Shown piece after piece: positions 13,801 through 28,800 of a DNA stretch of 64,000 nt. Both the position numbers and the translations under genes were made by a program. Below the pieces are notes generated by a model. It saw only the letters and a list, made by a program, of their open reading frames with translations, was not told the DNA's origin and searched no databases. The number at the start of each line of letters is the position of its first letter. Position 1 is the first letter of the stretch. The DNA is taken from contig JASTWF010000034.1 in NCBI GenBank assembly GCA_030390025.1, forward strand, positions 3,286,001 through 3,350,000. The letters run 5' to 3'. Origin of the DNA: Squalus acanthias. Its lineage: Eukaryota.

Positions 13801-16800
13801 ATTGGGTATGATAACCAATACACAGGGTAAAACTGTCACAGTTAATTGTTAAATTGGGTATGATAACCAATACACAGGGTAAAACTGTCACAGTTAATTG
13901 TTAAATTGGGTATGATAACCAATACACAGGGTAAAACTGTCACAGTTAATTGTTAAATTGGGTATGATAACCAATACACAGGGTAAAACTGTCACAGTTA
14001 ATTGTTAAATTGGGTATGATAACCAATACACAGGGTAAAACTGTCACAGTTAATTGTTAAATTGGGTATGATAACCAATACACAGGGTAAAACTGTCACA
14101 GTTAATTGTTAAATTGGGTATGATAACCAATACACAGGGTAAAACTGTCACAGTTAATTGTTAAATTGGGTATGATAACCAATACACAGGGTAAAACTGT
14201 CACAGTTAATTGTTAAATTGGGTATGATAACCAATACACAGGGTAAAACTGTCACAGTTAATTGTTAAATTGGGTATGATAACCAATACACAGGGTAAAA
14301 CTGTCACAGTTAATTGTTAAATTGGGTATGATAACCAATACACAGGGTAAAACTGTCACAGTTAATTGTTAAATTGGGTATGATAACCAATACACAGGGT
14401 AAAACTGTCACAGTTAATTGTTAAATTGGGTATGATAACCAATACACAGGGTAAAACTGTCACAGTTAATTGTTAAATTGGGTATGATAACCAATACACA
14501 GGGTAAAACTGTCACAGTTAATTGTTAAATTGGGTATGATAACCAATACACAGGGTAAAACTGTCACAGTTAATTGTTAAATTGGGTATGATAACCAATA
14601 CACAGGGTAAAACTGTCACAGTTAATTGTTAAATTGGGTATGATAACCAATACACAGGGTAAAACTGTCACAGTTAATTGTTAAATTGGGTATGATAACC
14701 AATACACAGGGTAAAACTGTCACAGTTAATTGTTAAATTGGGTATGATAACCAATACACAGGGTAAAACTGTCACAGTTAATTGTTAAATTGGGTATGAT
14801 AACCAATACACAGGGTAAAACTGTCACAGTTAATTGTTAAATTGGGTATGATAACCAATACACAGGGTAAAACTGTCACAGTTAATTGTTAAATTGGGTA
14901 TGATAACCAATACACAGGGTAAAACTGTCACAGTTAATTGTTAAATTGGGTATGATAACCAATACACAGGGTAAAACTGTCACAGTTAATTGTTAAATTG
15001 GGTATGATAACCAATACACAGGGTAAAACTGTCACAGTTAATTGTTAAATTGGGTATGATAACCAATACACAGGGTAAAACTGTCACAGTTAATTGTTAA
15101 ATTGGGTATGATAACCAATACACAGGGTAAAACTGTCACAGTTAATTGTTAAATTGGGTATGATAACCAATACACAGGGTAAAACTGTCACAGTTAATTG
15201 TTAAATTGGGTATGATAACCAATACACAGGGTAAAACTGTCACAGTTAATTGTTAAATTGGGTATGATAACCAATACACAGGGTAAAACTGTCACAGTTA
15301 ATTGTTAAATTGGGTATGATAACCAATACACAGGGTAAAACTGTCACAGTTAATTGTTAAATTGGGTATGATAACCAATACACAGGGTAAAACTGTCACA
15401 GTTAATTGTTAAATTGGGTATGATAACCAATACACAGGGTAAAACTGTCACAGTTAATTGTTAAATTGGGTATGATAACCAATACACAGGGTAAAACTGT
15501 CACAGTTAATTGTTAAATTGGGTATGATAACCAATACACAGGGTAAAACTGTCACAGTTAATTGTTAAATTGGGTATGATAACCAATACACAGGGTAAAA
15601 CTGTCACAGTTAATTGTTAAATTGGGTATGATAACCAATACACAGGGTAAAACTGTCACAGTTAATTGTTAAATTGGGTATGATAACCAATACACAGGGT
15701 AAAACTGTCACAGTTAATTGTTAAATTGGGTATGATAACCAATACACAGGGTAAAACTGTCACAGTTAATTGTTAAATTGGGTATGATAACCAATACACA
15801 GGGTAAAACTGTCACAGTTAATTGTTAAATTGGGTATGATAACCAATACACAGGGTAAAACTGTCACAGTTAATTGTTAAATTGGGTATGATAACCAATA
15901 CACAGGGTAAAACTGTCACAGTTAATTGTTAAATTGGGTATGATAACCAATACACAGGGTAAAACTGTCACAGTTAATTGTTAAATTGGGTATGATAACC
16001 AATACACAGGGTAAAACTGTCACAGTTAATTGTTAAATTGGGTATGATAACCAATACACAGGGTAAAACTGTCACAGTTAATTGTTAAATTGGGTATGAT
16101 AACCAATACACAGGGTAAAACTGTCACAGTTAATTGTTAAATTGGGTATGATAACCAATACACAGGGTAAAACTGTCACAGTTAATTGTTAAATTGGGTA
16201 TGATAACCAATACACAGGGTAAAACTGTCACAGTTAATTGTTAAATTGGGTATGATAACCAATACACAGGGTAAAACTGTCACAGTTAATTGTTAAATTG
16301 GGTATGATAACCAATACACAGGGTAAAACTGTCACAGTTAATTGTTAAATTGGGTATGATAACCAATACACAGGGTAAAACTGTCACAGTTAATTGTTAA
16401 ATTGGGTATGATAACCAATACACAGGGTAAAACTGTCACAGTTAATTGTTAAATTGGGTATGATAACCAATACACAGGGTAAAACTGTCACAGTTAATTG
16501 TTAAATTGGGTATGATAACCAATACACAGGGTAAAACTGTCACAGTTAATTGTTAAATTGGGTATGATAACCAATACACAGGGTAAAACTGTCACAGTTA
16601 ATTGTTAAATTGGGTATGATAACCAATACACAGGGTAAAACTGTCACAGTTAATTGTTAAATTGGGTATGATAACCAATACACAGGGTAAAACTGTCACA
16701 GTTAATTGTTAAATTGGGTATGATAACCAATACACAGGGTAAAACTGTCACAGTTAATTGTTAAATTGGGTATGATAACCAATACACAGGGTAAAACTGT

Positions 16801-19800
16801 CACAGTTAATTGTTAAATTGGGTATGATAACCAATACACAGGGTAAAACTGTCACAGTTAATTGTTAAATTGGGTATGATAACCAATACACAGGGTAAAA
16901 CTGTCACAGTTAATTGTTAAATTGGGTATGATAACCAATACACAGGGTAAAACTGTCACAGTTAATTGTTAAATTGGGTATGATAACCAATACACAGGGT
17001 AAAACTGTCACAGTTAATTGTTAAATTGGGTATGATAACCAATACACAGGGTAAAACTGTCACAGTTAATTGTTAAATTGGGTATGATAACCAATACACA
17101 GGGTAAAACTGTCACAGTTAATTGTTAAATTGGGTATGATAACCAATACACAGGGTAAAACTGTCACAGTTAATTGTTAAATTGGGTATGATAACCAATA
17201 CACAGGGTAAAACTGTCACAGTTAATTGTTAAATTGGGTATGATAACCAATACACAGGGTAAAACTGTCACAGTTAATTGTTAAATTGGGTATGATAACC
17301 AATACACAGGGTAAAACTGTCACAGTTAATTGTTAAATTGGGTATGATAACCAATACACAGGGTAAAACTGTCACAGTTAATTGTTAAATTGGGTATGAT
17401 AACCAATACACAGGGTAAAACTGTCACAGTTAATTGTTAAATTGGGTATGATAACCAATACACAGGGTAAAACTGTCACAGTTAATTGTTAAATTGGGTA
17501 TGATAACCAATACACAGGGTAAAACTGTCACAGTTAATTGTTAAATTGGGTATGATAACCAATACACAGGGTAAAACTGTCACAGTTAATTGTTAAATTG
17601 GGTATGATAACCAATACACAGGGTAAAACTGTCACAGTTAATTGTTAAATTGGGTATGATAACCAATACACAGGGTAAAACTGTCACAGTTAATTGTTAA
17701 ATTGGGTATGATAACCAATACACAGGGTAAAACTGTCACAGTTAATTGTTAAATTGGGTATGATAACCAATACACAGGGTAAAACTGTCACAGTTAATTG
17801 TTAAATTGGGTATGATAACCAATACACAGGGTAAAACTGTCACAGTTAATTGTTAAATTGGGTATGATAACCAATACACAGGGTAAAACTGTCACAGTTA
17901 ATTGTTAAATTGGGTATGATAACCAATACACAGGGTAAAACTGTCACAGTTAATTGTTAAATTGGGTATGATAACCAATACACAGGGTAAAACTGTCACA
18001 GTTAATTGTTAAATTGGGTATGATAACCAATACACAGGGTAAAACTGTCACAGTTAATTGTTAAATTGGGTATGATAACCAATACACAGGGTAAAACTGT
18101 CACAGTTAATTGTTAAATTGGGTATGATAACCAATACACAGGGTAAAACTGTCACAGTTAATTGTTAAATTGGGTATGATAACCAATACACAGGGTAAAA
18201 CTGTCACAGTTAATTGTTAAATTGGGTATGATAACCAATACACAGGGTAAAACTGTCACAGTTAATTGTTAAATTGGGTATGATAACCAATACACAGGGT
18301 AAAACTGTCACAGTTAATTGTTAAATTGGGTATGATAACCAATACACAGGGTAAAACTGTCACAGTTAATTGTTAAATTGGGTATGATAACCAATACACA
18401 GGGTAAAACTGTCACAGTTAATTGTTAAATTGGGTATGATAACCAATACACAGGGTAAAACTGTCACAGTTAATTGTTAAATTGGGTATGATAACCAATA
18501 CACAGGGTAAAACTGTCACAGTTAATTGTTAAATTGGGTATGATAACCAATACACAGGGTAAAACTGTCACAGTTAATTGTTAAATTGGGTATGATAACC
18601 AATACACAGGGTAAAACTGTCACAGTTAATTGTTAAATTGGGTATGATAACCAATACACAGGGTAAAACTGTCACAGTTAATTGTTAAATTGGGTATGAT
18701 AACCAATACACAGGGTAAAACTGTCACAGTTAATTGTTAAATTGGGTATGATAACCAATACACAGGGTAAAACTGTCACAGTTAATTGTTAAATTGGGTA
18801 TGATAACCAATACACAGGGTAAAACTGTCACAGTTAATTGTTAAATTGGGTATGATAACCAATACACAGGGTAAAACTGTCACAGTTAATTGTTAAATTG
18901 GGTATGATAACCAATACACAGGGTAAAACTGTCACAGTTAATTGTTAAATTGGGTATGATAACCAATACACAGGGTAAAACTGTCACAGTTAATTGTTAA
19001 ATTGGGTATGATAACCAATACACAGGGTAAAACTGTCACAGTTAATTGTTAAATTGGGTATGATAACCAATACACAGGGTAAAACTGTCACAGTTAATTG
19101 TTAAATTGGGTATGATAACCAATACACAGGGTAAAACTGTCACAGTTAATTGTTAAATTGGGTATGATAACCAATACACAGGGTAAAACTGTCACAGTTA
19201 ATTGTTAAATTGGGTATGATAACCAATACACAGGGTAAAACTGTCACAGTTAATTGTTAAATTGGGTATGATAACCAATACACAGGGTAAAACTGTCACA
19301 GTTAATTGTTAAATTGGGTATGATAACCAATACACAGGGTAAAACTGTCACAGTTAATTGTTAAATTGGGTATGATAACCAATACACAGGGTAAAACTGT
19401 CACAGTTAATTGTTAAATTGGGTATGATAACCAATACACAGGGTAAAACTGTCACAGTTAATTGTTAAATTGGGTATGATAACCAATACACAGGGTAAAA
19501 CTGTCACAGTTAATTGTTAAATTGGGTATGATAACCAATACACAGGGTAAAACTGTCACAGTTAATTGTTAAATTGGGTATGATAACCAATACACAGGGT
19601 AAAACTGTCAGTTAATTGTTAAATTGGGTATGATAACCAATACACAGGGTAAAACTGTCACAGTTAATTGTTAAATTGGGTATGATAACCAATACACAGG
19701 GTAAAACTGTCACAGTTAATTGTTAAATTGGGTATGATAACCAATACACAGGGTAAAACTGTCACAGTTAATTGTTAAATTGGGTATGATAACCAATACA

Positions 19801-22800
19801 CAGGGTAAAACTGTCACAGTTAATTGTTAAATTGGGTATGATAACCAATACACAGGGTAAAACTGTCACAGTTAATTGTTAAATTGGGTATGATAACCAA
19901 TACACAGGGTAAAACTGTCACAGTTAATTGTTAAATTGGGTATGATAACCAATACACAGGGTAAAACTGTCACAGTTAATTGTTAAATTGGGTATGATAA
20001 CCAATACACAGGGTAAAACTGTCACAGTTAATTGTTAAATTGGGTATGATAACCAATACACAGGGTAAAACTGTCACAGTTAATTGTTAAATTGGGTATG
20101 ATAACCAATACACAGGGTAAAACTGTCACAGTTAATTGTTAAATTGGGTATGATAACCAATACACAGGGTAAAACTGTCACAGTTAATTGTTAAATTGGG
20201 TATGATAACCAATACACAGGGTAAAACTGTCACAGTTAATTGTTAAATTGGGTATGATAACCAATACACAGGGTAAAACTGTCACAGTTAATTGTTAAAT
20301 TGGGTATGATAACCAATACACAGGGTAAAACTGTCAGTTAATTGTTAAATTGGGTATGATAACCAATACACAGGGTAAAACTGTCACAGTTAATTGTTAA
20401 ATTGGGTATGATAACCAATACACAGGGTAAAACTGTCACAGTTAATTGTTAAATTGGGTATGATAACCAATACACAGGGTAAAACTGTCACAGTTAATTG
20501 TTAAATTGGGTATGATAACCAATACACAGGGTAAAACTGTCACAGTTAATTGTTAAATTGGGTATGATAACCAATACACAGGGTAAAACTGTCACAGTTA
20601 ATTGTTAAATTGGGTATGATAACCAATACACAGGGTAAAACTGTCACAGTTAATTGTTAAATTGGGTATGATAACCAATACACAGGGTAAAACTGTCACA
20701 GTTAATTGTTAAATTGGGTATGATAACCAATACACAGGGTAAAACTGTCACAGTTAATTGTTAAATTGGGTATGATAACCAATACACAGGGTAAAACTGT
20801 CACAGTTAATTGTTAAATTGGGTATGATAACCAATACACAGGGTAAAACTGTCACAGTTAATTGTTAAATTGGGTATGATAACCAATACACAGGGTAAAA
20901 CTGTCACAGTTAATTGTTAAATTGGGTATGATAACCAATACACAGGGTAAAACTGTCACAGTTAATTGTTAAATTGGGTATGATAACCAATACACAGGGT
21001 AAAACTGTCACAGTTAATTGTTAAATTGGGTATGATAACCAATACACAGGGTAAAACTGTCACAGTTAATTGTTAAATTGGGTATGATAACCAATACACA
21101 GGGTAAAACTGTCACAGTTAATTGTTAAATTGGGTATGATAACCAATACACAGGGTAAAACTGTCACAGTTAATTGTTAAATTGGGTATGATAACCAATA
21201 CACAGGGTAAAACTGTCACAGTTAATTGTTAAATTGGGTATGATAACCAATACACAGGGTAAAACTGTCACAGTTAATTGTTAAATTGGGTATGATAACC
21301 AATACACAGGGTAAAACTGTCACAGTTAATTGTTAAATTGGGTATGATAACCAATACACAGGGTAAAACTGTCACAGTTAATTGTTAAATTGGGTATGAT
21401 AACCAATACACAGGGTAAAACTGTCACAGTTAATTGTTAAATTGGGTATGATAACCAATACACAGGGTAAAACTGTCACAGTTAATTGTTAAATTGGGTA
21501 TGATAACCAATACACAGGGTAAAACTGTCACAGTTAATTGTTAAATTGGGTATGATAACCAATACACAGGGTAAAACTGTCACAGTTAATTGTTAAATTG
21601 GGTATGATAACCAATACACAGGGTAAAACTGTCACAGTTAATTGTTAAATTGGGTATGATAACCAATACACAGGGTAAAACTGTCACAGTTAATTGTTAA
21701 ATTGGGTATGATAACCAATACACAGGGTAAAACTGTCACAGTTAATTGTTAAATTGGGTATGATAACCAATACACAGGGTAAAACTGTCACAGTTAATTG
21801 TTAAATTGGGTATGATAACCAATACACAGGGTAAAACTGTCACAGTTAATTGTTAAATTGGGTATGATAACCAATACACAGGGTAAAACTGTCACAGTTA
21901 ATTGTTAAATTGGGTATGATAACCAATACACAGGGTAAAACTGTCACAGTTAATTGTTAAATTGGGTATGATAACCAATACACAGGGTAAAACTGTCACA
22001 GTTAATTGTTAAATTGGGTATGATAACCAATACACAGGGTAAAACTGTCACAGTTAATTGTTAAATTGGGTATGATAACCAATACACAGGGTAAAACTGT
22101 CACAGTTAATTGTTAAATTGGGTATGATAACCAATACACAGGGTAAAACTGTCACAGTTAATTGTTAAATTGGGTATGATAACACAATACAAGGGTAAAA
22201 CTGTCAGTTAATTGTTAAATTGGGTATGATAACCAATACACAGGGTAAAACTGTCACAGTTAATTGTTAAATTGGGTATGATAACCAATACACAGGGTAA
22301 AACTGTCACAGTTAATTGTTAAATTGGGTATGATAACCAATACACAGGGTAAAACTGTCACAGTTAATTGTTAAATTGGGTATGATAACCAATACACAGG
22401 GTAAAACTGTCACAGTTAATTGTTAAATTGGGTATGATAACCAATACACAGGGTAAAACTGTCACAGTTAATTGTTAAATTGGGTATGATAACCAATACA
22501 CAGGGTAAAACTGTCACAGTTAATTGTTAAATTGGGTATGATAACCAATACACAGGGTAAAACTGTCACAGTTAATTGTTAAATTGGGTATGATAACCAA
22601 TACACAGGGTAAAACTGTCACAGTTAATTGTTAAATTGGGTATGATAACCAATACACAGGGTAAAACTGTCAGTTAATTGTTAAATTGGGTATGATAACC
22701 AATACACAGGGTAAAACTGTCACAGTTAATTGTTAAATTGGGTATGATAACCAATACACAGGGTAAAACTGTCACAGTTAATTGTTAAATTGGGTATGAT

Positions 22801-25800
22801 AACCAATACACAGGGTAAAACTGTCACAGTTAATTGTTAAATTGGGTATGATAACCAATACACAGGGTAAAACTGTCACAGTTAATTGTTAAATTGGGTA
22901 TGATAACCAATACACAGGGTAAAACTGTCACAGTTAATTGTTAAATTGGGTATGATAACCAATACACAGGGTAAAACTGTCACAGTTAATTGTTAAATTG
23001 GGTATGATAACCAATACACAGGGTAAAACTGTCACAGTTAATTGTTAAATTGGGTATGATAACCAATACACAGGGTAAAACTGTCACAGTTAATTGTTAA
23101 ATTGGGTATGATAACCAATACACAGGGTAAAACTGTCACAGTTAATTGTTAAATTGGGTATGATAACCAATACACAGGGTAAAACTGTCACAGTTAATTG
23201 TTAAATTGGGTATGATAACCAATACACAGGGTAAAACTGTCACAGTTAATTGTTAAATTGGGTATGATAACCAATACACAGGGTAAAACTGTCACAGTTA
23301 ATTGTTAAATTGGGTATGATAACCAATACACAGGGTAAAACTGTCACAGTTAATTGTTAAATTGGGTATGATAACCAATACACAGGGTAAAACTGTCACA
23401 GTTAATTGTTAAATTGGGTATGATAACCAATACACAGGGTAAAACTGTCACAGTTAATTGTTAAATTGGGTATGATAACCAATACACAGGGTAAAACTGT
23501 CACAGTTAATTGTTAAATTGGGTATGATAACCAATACACAGGGTAAAACTGTCACAGTTAATTGTTAAATTGGGTATGATAACCAATACACAGGGTAAAA
23601 CTGTCACAGTTAATTGTTAAATTGGGTATGATAACCAATACACAGGGTAAAACTGTCACAGTTAATTGTTAAATTGGGTATGATAACCAATACACAGGGT
23701 AAAACTGTCAGTTAATTGTTAAATTGGGTATGATAACCAATACACAGGGTAAAACTGTCACAGTTAATTGTTAAATTGGGTATGATAACCAATACACAGG
23801 GTAAAACTGTCACAGTTAATTGTTAAATTGGGTATGATAACCAATACACAGGGTAAAACTGTCACAGTTAATTGTTAAATTGGGTATGATAACCAATACA
23901 CAGGGTAAAACTGTCAGTTAATTGTTAAATTGGGTATGATAACCAATACACAGGGTAAAACTGTCACAGTTAATTGTTAAATTGGGTATGATAACCAATA
24001 CACAGGGTAAAACTGTCACAGTTAATTGTTAAATTGGGTATGATAACCAATACACAGGGTAAAACTGTCACAGTTAATTGTTAAATTGGGTATGATAACC
24101 AATACACAGGGTAAAACTGTCACAGTTAATTGTTAAATTGGGTATGATAACCAATACACAGGGTAAAACTGTCACAGTTAATTGTTAAATTGGGTATGAT
24201 AACCAATACACAGGGTAAAACTGTCACAGTTAATTGTTAAATTGGGTATGATAACCAATACACAGGGTAAAACTGTCACAGTTAATTGTTAAATTGGGTA
24301 TGATAACCAATACACAGGGTAAAACTGTCACAGTTAATTGTTAAATTGGGTATGATAACCAATACACAGGGTAAAACTGTCACAGTTAATTGTTAAATTG
24401 GGTATGATAACCAATACACAGGGTAAAACTGTCACAGTTAATTGTTAAATTGGGTATGATAACCAATACACAGGGTAAAACTGTCACAGTTAATTGTTAA
24501 ATTGGGTATGATAACCAATACACAGGGTAAAACTGTCACAGTTAATTGTTAAATTGGGTATGATAACCAATACACAGGGTAAAACTGTCACAGTTAATTG
24601 TTAAATTGGGTATGATAACCAATACACAGGGTAAAACTGTCACAGTTAATTGTTAAATTGGGTATGATAACCAATACACAGGGTAAAACTGTCACAGTTA
24701 ATTGTTAAATTGGGTATGATAACCAATACACAGGGTAAAACTGTCACAGTTAATTGTTAAATTGGGTATGATAACCAATACACAGGGTAAAACTGTCACA
24801 GTTAATTGTTAAATTGGGTATGATAACCAATACACAGGGTAAAACTGTCACAGTTAATTGTTAAATTGGGTATGATAACCAATACACAGGGTAAAACTGT
24901 CAGTTAATTGTTAAATTGGGTATGATAACCAATACACAGGGTAAAACTGTCACAGTTAATTGTTAAATTGGGTATGATAACCAATACACAGGGTAAAACT
25001 GTCACAGTTAATTGTTAAATTGGGTATGATAACCAATACACAGGGTAAAACTGTCACAGTTAATTGTTAAATTGGGTATGATAACCAATACACAGGGTAA
25101 AACTGTCACAGTTAATTGTTAAATTGGGTATGATAACCAATACACAGGGTAAAACTGTCACAGTTAATTGTTAAATTGGGTATGATAACCAATACACAGG
25201 GTAAAACTGTCACAGTTAATTGTTAAATTGGGTATGATAACCAATACACAGGGTAAAACTGTCACAGTTAATTGTTAAATTGGGTATGATAACCAATACA
25301 CAGGGTAAAACTGTCACAGTTAATTGTTAAATTGGGTATGATAACCAATACACAGGGTAAAACTGTCACAGTTAATTGTTAAATTGGGTATGATAACCAA
25401 TACACAGGGTAAAACTGTCACAGTTAATTGTTAAATTGGGTATGATAACCAATACACAGGGTAAAACTGTCACAGTTAATTGTTAAATTGGGTATGATAA
25501 CCAATACACAGGGTAAAACTGTCACAGTTAATTGTTAAATTGGGTATGATAACCAATACACAGGGTAAAACTGTCACAGTTAATTGTTAAATTGGGTATG
25601 ATAACCAATACACAGGGTAAAACTGTCAGTTAATTGTTAAATTGGGTATGATAACCAATACACAGGGTAAAACTGTCACAGTTAATTGTTAAATTGGGTA
25701 TGATAACCAATACACAGGGTAAAACTGTCACAGTTAATTGTTAAATTGGGTATGATAACCAATACACAGGGTAAAACTGTCACAGTTAATTGTTAAATTG

Positions 25801-28800
25801 GGTATGATAACCAATACACAGGGTAAAACTGTCACAGTTAATTGTTAAATTGGGTATGATAACCAATACACAGGGTAAAACTGTCACAGTTAATTGTTAA
25901 ATTGGGTATGATAACCAATACACAGGGTAAAACTGTCAGTTAATTGTTAAATTGGGTATGATAACCAATACACAGGGTAAAACTGTCACAGTTAATTGTT
26001 AAATTGGGTATGATAACCAATACACAGGGTAAAACTGTCACAGTTAATTGTTAAATTGGGTATGATAACCAATACACAGGGTAAAACTGTCACAGTTAAT
26101 TGTTAAATTGGGTATGATAACCAATACACAGGGTAAAACTGTCACAGTTAATTGTTAAATTGGGTATGATAACCAATACACAGGGTAAAACTGTCACAGT
26201 TAATTGTTAAATTGGGTATGATAACCAATACACAGGGTAAAACTGTCACAGTTAATTGTTAAATTGGGTATGATAACCAATACACAGGGTAAAACTGTCA
26301 CAGTTAATTGTTAAATTGGGTATGATAACCAATACACAGGGTAAAACTGTCAGTTAATTGTTAAATTGGGTATGATAACCAATACACAGGGTAAAACTGT
26401 CACAGTTAATTGTTAAATTGGGTATGATAACCAATACACAGGGTAAAACTGTCACAGTTAATTGTTAAATTGGGTATGATAACCAATACACAGGGTAAAA
26501 CTGTCACAGTTAATTGTTAAATTGGGTATGATAACCAATACACAGGGTAAAACTGTCACAGTTAATTGTTAAATTGGGTATGATAACCAATACACAGGGT
26601 AAAACTGTCACAGTTAATTGTTAAATTGGGTATGATAACCAATACACAGGGTAAAACTGTCACAGTTAATTGTTAAATTGGGTATGATAACCAATACACA
26701 GGGTAAAACTGTCACAGTTAATTGTTAAATTGGGTATGATAACCAATACACAGGGTAAAACTGTCACAGTTAATTGTTAAATTGGGTATGATAACCAATA
26801 CACAGGGTAAAACTGTCACAGTTAATTGTTAAATTGGGTATGATAACCAATACACAGGGTAAAACTGTCACAGTTAATTGTTAAATTGGGTATGATAACC
26901 AATACACAGGGTAAAACTGTCACAGTTAATTGTTAAATTGGGTATGATAACCAATACACAGGGTAAAACTGTCACAGTTAATTGTTAAATTGGGTATGAT
27001 AACCAATACACAGGGTAAAACTGTCACAGTTAATTGTTAAATTGGGTATGATAACCAATACACAGGGTAAAACTGTCACAGTTAATTGTTAAATTGGGTA
27101 TGATAACCAATACACAGGGTAAAACTGTCACAGTTAATTGTTAAATTGGGTATGATAACCAATACACAGGGTAAAACTGTCACAGTTAATTGTTAAATTG
27201 GGTATGATAACCAATACACAGGGTAAAACTGTCACAGTTAATTGTTAAATTGGGTATGATAACCAATACACAGGGTAAAACTGTCACAGTTAATTGTTAA
27301 ATTGGGTATGATAACCAATACACAGGGTAAAACTGTCACAGTTAATTGTTAAATTGGGTATGATAACCAATACACAGGGTAAAACTGTCACAGTTAATTG
27401 TTAAATTGGGTATGATAACCAATACACAGGGTAAAACTGTCACAGTTAATTGTTAAATTGGGTATGATAACCAATACACAGGGTAAAACTGTCACAGTTA
27501 ATTGTTAAATTGGGTATGATAACCAATACACAGGGTAAAACTGTCACAGTTAATTGTTAAATTGGGTATGATAACCAATACACAGGGTAAAACTGTCACA
27601 GTTAATTGTTAAATTGGGTATGATAACCAATACACAGGGTAAAACTGTCACAGTTAATTGTTAAATTGGGTATGATAACCAATACACAGGGTAAAACTGT
27701 CACAGTTAATTGTTAAATTGGGTATGATAACCAATACACAGGGTAAAACTGTCACAGTTAATTGTTAAATTGGGTATGATAACCAATACACAGGGTAAAA
27801 CTGTCACAGTTAATTGTTAAATTGGGTATGATAACCAATACACAGGGTAAAACTGTCACAGTTAATTGTTAAATTGGGTATGATAACCAATACACAGGGT
27901 AAAACTGTCACAGTTAATTGTTAAATTGGGTATGATAACCAATACACAGGGTAAAACTGTCACAGTTAATTGTTAAATTGGGTATGATAACCAATACACA
28001 GGGTAAAACTGTCACAGTTAATTGTTAAATTGGGTATGATAACCAATACACAGGGTAAAACTGTCACAGTTAATTGTTAAATTGGGTATGATAACCAATA
28101 CACAGGGTAAAACTGTCACAGTTAATTGTTAAATTGGGTATGATAACCAATACACAGGGTAAAACTGTCACAGTTAATTGTTAAATTGGGTATGATAACC
28201 AATACACAGGGTAAAACTGTCACAGTTAATTGTTAAATTGGGTATGATAACCAATACACAGGGTAAAACTGTCACAGTTAATTGTTAAATTGGGTATGAT
28301 AACCAATACACAGGGTAAAACTGTCACAGTTAATTGTTAAATTGGGTATGATAACCAATACACAGGGTAAAACTGTCACAGTTAATTGTTAAATTGGGTA
28401 TGATAACCAATACACAGGGTAAAACTGTCACAGTTAATTGTTAAATTGGGTATGATAACCAATACACAGGGTAAAACTGTCACAGTTAATTGTTAAATTG
28501 GGTATGATAACCAATACACAGGGTAAAACTGTCACAGTTAATTGTTAAATTGGGTATGATAACCAATACACAGGGTAAAACTGTCACAGTTAATTGTTAA
28601 ATTGGGTATGATAACCAATACACAGGGTAAAACTGTCACAGTTAATTGTTAAATTGGGTATGATAACCAATACACAGGGTAAAACTGTCACAGTTAATTG
28701 TTAAATTGGGTATGATAACCAATACACAGGGTAAAACTGTCACAGTTAATTGTTAAATTGGGTATGATAACCAATACACAGGGTAAAACTGTCACAGTTA